From contig PXOU01000007.1 of the NCBI GenBank assembly GCA_003022365.1, positions 227 to 64,226 of the forward strand: a stretch of DNA of 64,000 nt. The letters run 5' to 3'. The position numbers and the translations under genes were made by a program. Of the stretch, positions 39,032 to 47,549 are shown piece by piece (position 1 is the first letter of the stretch; each line of letters begins with the position of its first letter). Below the pieces are notes generated by a model. The model worked only from the letters and a program-made list of their open reading frames with translations. It was not told the origin of the DNA and did not search any database. The stretch comes from Candidatus Saccharibacteria bacterium QS_5_54_17. Its GTDB lineage: Bacteria; Patescibacteriota; Saccharimonadia; QS-5-54-17.

Positions 39032-40255
39032 ATGGCGGATAAGCCGACACATAAAGGAAAAATACTTATATTAACTTCCACGTTTCCCCGATGGGAGAAC
39101 GATAATGTTACCCGCTTCGTTTTTGATTTTGCCAAAAGCCTTTTACCTGACTTCTGTCCCACAGTATTGGCTCCCCATGACTCGGGTGCCCAAAAAAATG
39201 AACAAATGGAGGGGGTTTCAATAAAGCGGTTTCGGTACTGGGTAACGGAAAAAGGCCAAAACATCGTCTATAACGGTGGTGCCCTGGCTAACTTTAAAAA
39301 AACACCGCTATATTTTTTGAAAGTCCTCTGCTACACGGTCGTCATGTTTCTGCGCAGCGTTTGGATAACGCGGAGAGAGCAGATACCCATCATTAATCCG
39401 CACTGGCTGATCCCGCAAGGATTCATCGCGGTTGCCGCCAGCTATTTTACCGGAGCGAAAATAATAATCACCATTCATGGCGGCGATATATTTTCATTTC
39501 ATGGCAAGATTATGCGCTCCATAAAACGTTGGGTTCTCAAGAAAGCTGACGAAGTGGTCGTCAATAGTTCGGCGACTTTGGAAGCAGCCAAATCGATATA
39601 TGGTGCACGTGAATACCGGGTAATCCCTATGGGGTTGGATTACCAACATTTCAACAAAGCGGCCGATACCGAAACTATCCGAAAACGGCACGGTTTGGAT
39701 GGCTTCACCATCCTGTTCGTCGGCAGACTGGTCAAGATAAAAGGAGTGGAATACTTACTTGAAAGCCTGAAGCTATTATGGGATGAAAACCACCACTTCA
39801 AAGCTTTGATCGTCGGGGAAGGGCCAAAACGCGAAAAGCTGCATGATTATGTAGTAAACAACGGGATGGAGGATGCGGTCGAATTCGTGGGCTGGGTGGA
39901 TTCGGCGGAGATTCCCGTTTACTATCAAGCGGCGGATGTATTCGTCGGACCCTCAATTATTTCCCAAGAAGGGCGGCCCGAAGCGCTCGGGCTCGTATTC
40001 GCTGAAGCGCTTGCCAGTGGGACTCCCGTCATAGCAACCGATACCGGAGGAATCAAGGATATCATAAAACATAAAGAAAACGGCCTTTTGGTGTCTGAAA
40101 AATCCGCGGAAGAGATCAAGAAGGCGCTCAAAGTGCTGGATAATGACGAACAACTCCGTAAAACGTACGCGGAAAACGGGATGCGGCACGTAAAAAAAAC
40201 GTTCAGCTGGAAATCCGTCGGCAAGCAGTATTCCAATCTTCTCCAAAAACTATAA
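39032..40255 (+). CDS. GT4 glycosyltransferase
   Basis: 'LTSTFPRW', 'HWLIPQG', 'LFVGRLVKIKG', 'EALGLVFAEALASGTPVI'. Confidence 0.93.
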   Translation: MADKPTHKGKILILTSTFPRWENDNVTRFVFDFAKSLLPDFCPTVLAPHDSGAQKNEQMEGVSIKRFRYWVTEKGQNIVYNGGALANFKKTPLYFLKVLCYTVVMFLRSVWITRREQIPIINPHWLIPQGFIAVAASYFTGAKIIITIHGGDIFSFHGKIMRSIKRWVLKKADEVVVNSSATLEAAKSIYGAREYRVIPMGLDYQHFNKAADTETIRKRHGLDGFTILFVGRLVKIKGVEYLLESLKLLWDENHHFKALIVGEGPKREKLHDYVVNNGMEDAVEFVGWVDSAEIPVYYQAADVFVGPSIISQEGRPEALGLVFAEALASGTPVIATDTGGIKDIIKHKENGLLVSEKSAEEIKKALKVLDNDEQLRKTYAENGMRHVKKTFSWKSVGKQYSNLLQKL

Positions 40256-40257
40256 TC

Positions 40258-41172
40258 CTACCATCTTTTCCAAGGCGGGGCCCTTTGGGAAAGTTTTTCA
40301 AGCAACTGGATATCTTCCTGGAAATGTTCTATCAGTTTGTTTTCCGTTTCCTCACTGTAACTGGTGGTGGTTTCGGTGCTGGGTTTGACGTTCCAGCGAT
40401 TGATTTTGTTTTCTACTTTTTTACGGACGGGATGCGGAATAAGATTTTTCCATAACTTCTCGATAAAAGGAACCCGAAAAAGGAAATTAGCGGTAAGTAT
40501 TTTGGTCTTGGGTTGGCCACCGCCCTTATGATAACTGGTTTCAATATTGGAGGGTATGAATTTCTCGTCCACTCCTATAAAAGAAAAAAATTTTTTCAGT
40601 GCTGACTGCGGGTCGGCTTGAATTTCTTCTGTGAAAAGCACTAGCAATTGGTTAGGGTCGAATAGATCATAAAAGCCGGAAAGTATCCGGCCGTATTCGC
40701 TGGCGATGAGAAAATTGCTTTGGGGAGTAATGTTGGCTCTGTCTGGTGATAAATCCCTGTCCAAAAGCGTCTTAACGTCTTCATCGAACGAATTATGGGT
40801 ATTACCTCGCCGCAAAGCCATTTTGTGATGAGAAAAAGACCGCTCTATGGGGTCTCGCAGCACCGCTACGAGTTTGATATCCGGAAAATCCTGTTTTATA
40901 CGTTGGGCGATTACCTCAGGGGTGGTGTCTTCTCTGCCCAGCATGTACTGCGGTGTTATGGTGCCGGTAGTTTGATTTTCGGGTGCCTGGGCAAAGTAGG
41001 CGTTCAAGTACCAATCCAACCCCTTTTTGTATACCTCCTCATCATCATAAAAAGGCGCTTCCTTGACTTCGGGCATGTATATTTGGGGATGATGCTTTGC
41101 CCATTCGAAAAGCGTGGTAGTCGCTGATTTCCCTGCTCCGATTACCAGGAAATCCAGTGTTTTTTCGGCCAT
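40258..41172 (-). CDS. PAPS-dependent sulfotransferase
   Basis: 5'-PSB 'DFLVIGAGKSATTTL', 'HPQI...KE', 3'-PB 'VLRDPIERSFS'. Confidence 0.9.
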   Translation of the reverse strand: MAEKTLDFLVIGAGKSATTTLFEWAKHHPQIYMPEVKEAPFYDDEEVYKKGLDWYLNAYFAQAPENQTTGTITPQYMLGREDTTPEVIAQRIKQDFPDIKLVAVLRDPIERSFSHHKMALRRGNTHNSFDEDVKTLLDRDLSPDRANITPQSNFLIASEYGRILSGFYDLFDPNQLLVLFTEEIQADPQSALKKFFSFIGVDEKFIPSNIETSYHKGGGQPKTKILTANFLFRVPFIEKLWKNLIPHPVRKKVENKINRWNVKPSTETTTSYSEETENKLIEHFQEDIQLLEKLSQRAPPWKRW

Positions 41173-41327
41173 AGGAAAACTCCCGCTCTGTTGCGAATTC
41201 TCGCTTTTTGATGATTAAGTTTACCTCAAAACTCAAGTAAAATAATATCACGAGGAAGACAAACTCATGAATGCCAATCCATGGAACGCCAGCCGAAGTT
41301 AAACTATAGCTATTCAATTACTTTTAC

Positions 41328-42260
41328 CTAGTTTTCCTCGAATCCCCAGATCGCCGCAAAGTCTTGATTGGTTAAGCGGCTGAGCTCCCTCACTTCTGGC
41401 CGGAGTTCTTCCGTAAGCCGTTTTCTCACTTCCGGGTCCAGCTCACCCTTCGACTGCTCCTTAAGCAGCAACTTATCCGCCTGTTTTTGCAAGTTGGTAT
41501 ACAAGGTCGGACTCATTAATTTGAAGGCCACGTTCTTTAGCCACATAGTGTGAGCTATTTTGTTAAGCCAGCTTATGCGTGGTTTCTTGCTGTTATGGAC
41601 CGATTGAAAATCGGGTATTACGTCTTCCCTGACGCCAAGAAACCGCAATATTTCTTTATAGGCGGTTTCATTATTTTTCTTGAATTCCTCGTTGGCTATT
41701 ACCATGACATTTTCCTTGCCGAATTGGTCGTAAAAACGCTGTATATGTTTGCTGTATCTGGCCCGTTCACGATAGAAGTGATAGGAAGGGCAACGCGCCC
41801 GTGGCGGGACGTTTTTACCTTTTTTACGGCTACTTTCTAGAGAGATCGCTGTCTGGAAGTCGGTTTCATTTTCCACGGTTTCATTCACGTATTGGGTATG
41901 TAGCGAATGCATGAAATCGACAGGATTCCGCAACATGATGATGATTTTGGCTTTCGGGTTATGTTGGTATATATGGCCCGCCGCCGCTTGGGAATAGCTG
42001 TAGCAAGTAGACGCGTCTCCCCGTAGTTGGCCGGGTTGGCAATGTTTAAAATGTTCCTCATACTTTTCAGGCGTCCGGACCCCGTAATATCTTTGCTTGC
42101 CGTGGAATTGATCGCTTTCTTCCCGAAGATCCGTGGCGAAGTAAGATGGCTCTTTGGGGTAAGACATACAGATCTCAGGATGTTCTGACAAAAAATGGGC
42201 CAAGGCGGTGGTCCCGGATTTTGGCTGGCCGGCGATTACGAAATCAATTTTACATGCCAT
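41328..42260 (-). CDS. PAPS-dependent sulfotransferase
   Basis: 'DFVIAGQPKSGTTAL', 'HPEI...KEPSYF', 'IMLRNPVDFMHS'. Confidence 0.9.
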   Translation of the reverse strand: MACKIDFVIAGQPKSGTTALAHFLSEHPEICMSYPKEPSYFATDLREESDQFHGKQRYYGVRTPEKYEEHFKHCQPGQLRGDASTCYSYSQAAAGHIYQHNPKAKIIIMLRNPVDFMHSLHTQYVNETVENETDFQTAISLESSRKKGKNVPPRARCPSYHFYRERARYSKHIQRFYDQFGKENVMVIANEEFKKNNETAYKEILRFLGVREDVIPDFQSVHNSKKPRISWLNKIAHTMWLKNVAFKLMSPTLYTNLQKQADKLLLKEQSKGELDPEVRKRLTEELRPEVRELSRLTNQDFAAIWGFEEN

Positions 42261-42429
42261 AGACTTATCAATAATTTAGCAAAGTTTTACAGTATCAACT
42301 ATAGTGAGTTTTTATGATACCACGGACAAAATAAACGAATGCTATTTTGCCCGTGGCTATTTTCCAGTATAGCAACCCGGGAAAGATTAATATTATCAAC
42401 ATCACAAAAATTGTTATACTTGTAAAACA

Positions 42430-43161
42430 ATGGTTGAGCTCCAATATAAAAATCGGCAATTCCTATTCAATGAAGGCATTGACGGCAACGTAATCCGTAC
42501 TTTGGGAAAAGGCCGGTTCTATGAACCGGGCATGCTGAAATTCATTGAAAAACTCGAGCCAGAAGGCACCATTATCGACGTCGGGGCGAATATAGGCAAT
42601 CACGCGATTTATTTAGGTGCGTTCACGGACTGCCAAAAAGTCATAGCCATTGAACCTCATCCTGGGATCAACCAACATTTAACTGATAACGTGGAGCAAA
42701 ACGGGTTGGCCTCCAAAATCGATGTGCACCATATCGCCGTGGGAGATAAAGCAGGCAAATGCAATATAGAATCCAACTCGGAAAGATATAGGGGAACTGC
42801 GCAAGTCCTGCCGGACTCCCAGGGATCCATTCCTATAAAAAAGCTGGACAATCTTGCCCAAAAAAGAAAGGTTTCGGTTATCAAAATAGACGTGGAAGGA
42901 TTCGAGCCCCAAGTATTACGGGGGAGCAGCAACATCTTATCCCGGCAGGAGCCCCATATTTTCGTGGAAGCTCATGATAGAAAGGCGAAACGGCAAATAG
43001 ATGAGATTTTACACCCCTTGGGCTATAAAGCCGTCAAGGTATTTAATAGGACGCCGACCTATTATTACCGAAAAGATGCTTCCCGAACGGGCATAAAAGA
43101 ATTAATCCAAAGACCGCTCTTTCATTTACGCAGACTGCGCATATTCCGCATTTTGGGTTGA
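42430..43161 (+). CDS. FkbM family methyltransferase
   Basis: 'IDVGANIGNH', 'AIEP', 'IKIDVEGFE'. Confidence 0.9.
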   Translation: MVELQYKNRQFLFNEGIDGNVIRTLGKGRFYEPGMLKFIEKLEPEGTIIDVGANIGNHAIYLGAFTDCQKVIAIEPHPGINQHLTDNVEQNGLASKIDVHHIAVGDKAGKCNIESNSERYRGTAQVLPDSQGSIPIKKLDNLAQKRKVSVIKIDVEGFEPQVLRGSSNILSRQEPHIFVEAHDRKAKRQIDEILHPLGYKAVKVFNRTPTYYYRKDASRTGIKELIQRPLFHLRRLRIFRILG

Positions 43162-43245
43162 TTTTCCCCGTCTCGGTGTAAACGCCCAAAAACCTGGGGA
43201 ATATACGCTCGCAGCTCTACGCGAAAAGAAGAAGTTTGTGCTAAA

Positions 43246-44844
43246 GTGAGGGGCAAGTGGAGATTTAATACCCGGGTTCTTACTTGGTCGGGAGATTTGG
43301 ATATAGTTGTGGAGAAAAAACATAATTTAAAATCATCATTGGTAGGCCTGTGGCAAAGACATACGTGGTTGATAATAGGATTATTCGGGGTTGTCCTGAC
43401 CTTTATAGGTGGTGCTGGTTTGCGAACTACTACTATCCCGTGGCTTTTGAGTGCTGACGCGCCGTTCCATTTGGATTATGCCTGGCAAGTATACAAGGGG
43501 GTTCTGCCGGCGGCGATGGGAGGCATACAAGCACCGGTTGCTGCCCTTCCCAATCACCCGGTCCATTTGGCGGCGCAACACCCGCCGCTTTATTACGCCA
43601 TCCTTGCTCCTTTGGCGGGCCCGTTTATGGATAACGGAGACTGGCCGATGGCGACAGCATTGGGGCGTTTGTTGTCGATGGGGTTAGGGTTGCTTTCCGC
43701 GCTGGCGCTGGCGTGGGTAGCATGGATAGTCGGGGGTAAATATCGGCGCATCCTGGCCATCGCAGCACCGGCGATTGCCATTACTTTCGTGCCGTTTGCA
43801 GGGGTGGCAGCAGCAGTTTATAACGATACATTGGTAGTCTTTACCTCGACCGTAGCGCTCGGGTTGGCCGCTTTAATTATCTACCGAGGGCCGCGCCCGT
43901 CATATGTAGGCGTATTGACCGTAGTTTTATTACTCGGTATGGCCTCGAAAGTATCGTTCGTCAGCGCCTTTTTTGTGGCAGTTTTAAGCCTCATAGGCGC
44001 TTTTGTGCTCCACGGAAAAGACACCTTCTCCAAAAATACGGGAAAGGGTATAGGCTGCGGAGCGCTGGTTTCTTTGGTGGTGATAGGGGGCATCGGTTGG
44101 TTTTATTACCTCCATAATTTCCAAGCAAGCGGATCGCTCATCAGTGCCCAACCAAGCTCACTTCCTCCCATGCGTGAATATAGACCTTTCTTGCAGGTCA
44201 TAATCAGCCAAAAATTGTGGGAGCTTGTGCCTTTTGGCCTATTTCGCCGTTCCTTCCATGAGATAGGAGGGTATACACTTAATCAGTGGATATCAATTTC
44301 CGTATTCGTATTGGGCATGCTGGGGAGCATCGCCTGGTTTGTAAAAGAAAAAGCATGGCATATATTCCACAAGACACGTAGGTTGCACTTATTGGTTGCT
44401 ACTATGTTCACAGCGCATTTCGGCATCGTTTTTGCCCAACAAATGGTTTATGCGACCGGATACGGATCCATCAATTTTAGGTATATTTTGCCGGCCTGGT
44501 TTTTGATGGGATTGGTTTTGGCGTTCGGGGTGTCGGTTTGGCAGTTTTTGCGCGGTTTCGGGGCAGTATTGGTGGCGATCGCCGGATGGGTAGCCGTCAT
44601 TAATTCTACCGTGTTCGCTTTATCAAGCAGGACGAATTTGCCTACTGAGCATGGATGGGTTCCTCTATTACAGTCCGGAGCAGAGCAAAACGGTTTCGCC
44701 CCGGTAATCGTGCCGATACTGCTACTTGCTATAGTGCTCGGTTTAACGTTGATCGCAATAGCGTTATGGTATGCCACCTCCCCGAGGAATATTAAAGCTG
44801 AAGCAAGCAGCAAAAGATTGCCCGACCGTAAGGGGAGCACATGA
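43246..44844 (+). CDS. GT-C-like integral membrane glycosyltransferase (paralog 2)
   Basis: Colinear with 36099-37553: 'ADAPFHLDYAWQ', 'QHPPLYY', 'YNDTL', 'YATGYG', 'RYILP'; start uncertain. Confidence 0.7.
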   Translation: MRGKWRFNTRVLTWSGDLDIVVEKKHNLKSSLVGLWQRHTWLIIGLFGVVLTFIGGAGLRTTTIPWLLSADAPFHLDYAWQVYKGVLPAAMGGIQAPVAALPNHPVHLAAQHPPLYYAILAPLAGPFMDNGDWPMATALGRLLSMGLGLLSALALAWVAWIVGGKYRRILAIAAPAIAITFVPFAGVAAAVYNDTLVVFTSTVALGLAALIIYRGPRPSYVGVLTVVLLLGMASKVSFVSAFFVAVLSLIGAFVLHGKDTFSKNTGKGIGCGALVSLVVIGGIGWFYYLHNFQASGSLISAQPSSLPPMREYRPFLQVIISQKLWELVPFGLFRRSFHEIGGYTLNQWISISVFVLGMLGSIAWFVKEKAWHIFHKTRRLHLLVATMFTAHFGIVFAQQMVYATGYGSINFRYILPAWFLMGLVLAFGVSVWQFLRGFGAVLVAIAGWVAVINSTVFALSSRTNLPTEHGWVPLLQSGAEQNGFAPVIVPILLLAIVLGLTLIAIALWYATSPRNIKAEASSKRLPDRKGST

Positions 44845-46355
44845 ATTATATACATCGCCTAAAACCTAAACTGAATCCATATTTTCAAAATCCCATCAAC
44901 AAAACGTTGGGAATACTGGGTTCCAAAGGTTTCCGGATATTTACCTACGGATGGTTTCTTGTCCAAGCCTCATATATAGCGGTATCCACCAAATACCGTA
45001 TTGTACCGGATGCGGGCGCTCATTATGGCAGGATACGCCTTTTTGCCCGCGATGGACTCGATCCGTTCATCCAAAACCAACAGGGTTTCTATTTCGTGGG
45101 CGAGATGATCAGAAATCCTGACCCGCTGTATCATTACCTATTCAGCATTATATATAGATTAGTGCCGTTTCAGGATCCCAACCCCCTCAGTAATCAAGTA
45201 CCAAAAACGGATACGGCGACCATCATGCTGTTTGAGTTCTTAAATATAGCGCTGGTACTGGGTGGGCTTATTATGTTTTACAAACTAATGAAACGGCTTG
45301 ATTTGTCAGCTTTGACCAGGAATATTTCCTTGTTCATGATGGCGACTACGTTAATGTTTGTATTTTTGGCAGGGGGCATCAATTACGACAATCTGTTGTT
45401 TCTGGTGGCGATGTCGGTGTTTTACTTCTTCGTGAAGTTCATGCAAACGCGGACGCTTAAAAGTTTGCTGAGTTTGCTGATTCTTTTGGTGATTGCCGGA
45501 TTGACGAAAACCGCTTTCATGCCTATTGCCGCAGTAGTCTTTGTTTTGACGGGCTATTTTGCCTTTAGATCCCGAAAGGATATTTTTTCCCAAGTCAGAG
45601 GTGTACTCCGTTTGCAAAAAAAGCAACAAGCGATCTTGGGTGTTCTGCTCATATTGCTGCTTGCGTTCGGCGGCCTATTCGTTGAACGCTACGCGGTTAA
45701 TTTAGTGGAGTATGGCTCTGTGCAACCGGGTTGCCTCCAGTTGCATACGCATAAACAATGCAGCCAATGGGGCGTTTTTTCCCGTAGGCAAAAATTTGAA
45801 AGCACTCCTACTACGTATGAATTCGACCCCAGTGAATTCAGTATCAAATGGGCGCAGAGGATGCGCTTTTATACGTTTAGCGCCATAGGGCACGCTTCGT
45901 TTGCCGAAACGAATTTGATTAAATACGGGTCATATGCCTTCATCGGTTTGATGGTAATAGCCTCTATCAGGAAATTCGACCGGCGCGAGAAAGAGGTAAA
46001 CATCCTGCTGGCGATATCCATTTTTTTCATACTGTTGCTGTTGGCTGTCAATTACTTCGGAGCGTATATGACCAGCGGTATATTCGGTATAGCACTACAA
46101 GGCAGGTATGCGTTCCCTGTTCTGCCTTTGCTGTACGCGGTAGGAAACCACTATGTTTTCAAGCTACTGGCGTGGAAGTGGCTTAAGGCGTTGTACGCAT
46201 TGTTTATTTTGGTCATATTCATACCTTCGGGAGTGATTCACTATATATTCTGGACGGGTAAGAATTGGCATACCGAGTATACACCGGAAATTCATCACGC
46301 CATCAAGGAAAACTTGCGTTGGTTCAACTATAAGGTGCTAAAAATTTTTAACTAA
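44841..46355 (+). CDS. GT-C-like integral membrane glycosyltransferase (paralog 3, diverged)
   Basis: 'PDAGAHY', 'PLYHY', 'INYDNL', 'QGRYAFP'; multi-TM. Confidence 0.65.
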   Translation: MNYIHRLKPKLNPYFQNPINKTLGILGSKGFRIFTYGWFLVQASYIAVSTKYRIVPDAGAHYGRIRLFARDGLDPFIQNQQGFYFVGEMIRNPDPLYHYLFSIIYRLVPFQDPNPLSNQVPKTDTATIMLFEFLNIALVLGGLIMFYKLMKRLDLSALTRNISLFMMATTLMFVFLAGGINYDNLLFLVAMSVFYFFVKFMQTRTLKSLLSLLILLVIAGLTKTAFMPIAAVVFVLTGYFAFRSRKDIFSQVRGVLRLQKKQQAILGVLLILLLAFGGLFVERYAVNLVEYGSVQPGCLQLHTHKQCSQWGVFSRRQKFESTPTTYEFDPSEFSIKWAQRMRFYTFSAIGHASFAETNLIKYGSYAFIGLMVIASIRKFDRREKEVNILLAISIFFILLLLAVNYFGAYMTSGIFGIALQGRYAFPVLPLLYAVGNHYVFKLLAWKWLKALYALFILVIFIPSGVIHYIFWTGKNWHTEYTPEIHHAIKENLRWFNYKVLKIFN

Positions 46356-46395
46356 CAAGCCTAGCCGTTAAAATACCGGCGCTATTTCCTTTTCT

Positions 46396-47355
46396 TTATT
46401 TCTGATACCGCATCCGACGCAGATGCTCCAATGATTCTTCGTGTAGCGTGCGATTGACGGCGATCAGGTCGGCCAGTATTCCCACCACTATCAACAGGAA
46501 GCCGACCAGTAACAAGACGCCTCCCCCGATAAGCGACTGGAGGTGTCCTGATACTAACCCTCCTTCTATAATTATCAGTACTATATACCGGATAAACGGT
46601 AATACCCCCAGAATGGCCAGAAGGGCACCTAATCTCAGGAATACGCTGTACGCCCGGTGCATGGCGTAGCTGCGGATGATGGCCGAGGCGGATTTGAATA
46701 CGTGCTGCCATATGTTTTTGAATAACCGCGACTCCCTGGTTTTGGCGTTGGTGGTGACGGCCACGGAGGTAATGGGTATATTTTTTCTGCCCGCGTAAAC
46801 GATGGTCTCCGTACAGTAACTGAAATCGGTCACCACGTTCATTTTAAAAGCTGCATCCCGGGAGTAAGCACGGAAGCCGCTGGCGGCATCGGGGATTTTG
46901 GTGCCGGCGGCCTTATTAACCACCCAACTTCCCGTTTTCTGTAAAAATTTTTTAAGTGGACCGAATTCGTCAATTTTGCCGGTTTGCCGGTCCGCTACCA
47001 CGATGTCGTGGCTCCCGTCCATGATCGGTTGTATCAGGTCCGGAATACGTTCCTGGGGGTATTGGTTGTCCCCGTCGGTATTGACGATGATATCCGCCCC
47101 CAGCTCGAGCGCGGCGCGTATGCCTTCGGCAAAGGTGGTGGCCAATCCTTTGTTCTGTTTATGCTGGATGATGTGATCCACACCGAGCTCTCCGGCGACC
47201 TCGACGGTTCGATCGCTCGAGCCGTCGTCGATAATCATAATTTCGACACTTTTAACGCCTTTTATCTGGCGGGGGATGGTGCCTAGCACCATCGGCAGGG
47301 TGGTTTCTTCGTTGTAACAGGGAATTTGGATGATGCATTTGGGGCGCTTCTTCAT
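46396..47355 (-). CDS. GT2 polyprenol-phosphate glycosyltransferase-like (2 C-terminal TMs)
   Basis: 'IPCYNEE', 'IIDDGSSD', 'NTDGDNQY', 'DAASGFRAY', 'RESRL'. Confidence 0.88.
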   Translation of the reverse strand: MKKRPKCIIQIPCYNEETTLPMVLGTIPRQIKGVKSVEIMIIDDGSSDRTVEVAGELGVDHIIQHKQNKGLATTFAEGIRAALELGADIIVNTDGDNQYPQERIPDLIQPIMDGSHDIVVADRQTGKIDEFGPLKKFLQKTGSWVVNKAAGTKIPDAASGFRAYSRDAAFKMNVVTDFSYCTETIVYAGRKNIPITSVAVTTNAKTRESRLFKNIWQHVFKSASAIIRSYAMHRAYSVFLRLGALLAILGVLPFIRYIVLIIIEGGLVSGHLQSLIGGGVLLLVGFLLIVVGILADLIAVNRTLHEESLEHLRRMRYQK

Positions 47356-47404
47356 GACTCTCTTTCTTACATGGTATATAATCTACTTTTCATCTTAACA
47401 AATG

Positions 47405-47549
47405 AAACGGATTCTGAAATAAATTCAGGACAGGCTCTGACCCCGATCCGGGATCAGTTTCGGAATCTAATGCTGCAACAGGGAAATTATCCCGAATCAA
47501 GTCCGGGATGACTATTATTTTCGTCATTCCGGACGACGGTCCGGAATCA
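47405..47549. repeat. composite palindromic intergenic element, copy 8 (short)
   Basis: CTGAAATAAATTCAGGACAGGC, CCGGGATGAC, and CGTCATTCCGG-N8-CCGGAATCA, whose end overlaps the amidase stop codon. Confidence 0.85.

Noticed and set aside
36099-44844. Diversity-generating retroelement TR/VR pair between the paralogous membrane genes
   Set aside because: Divergence spans the whole genes and is not adenine-specific; no reverse transcriptase present.
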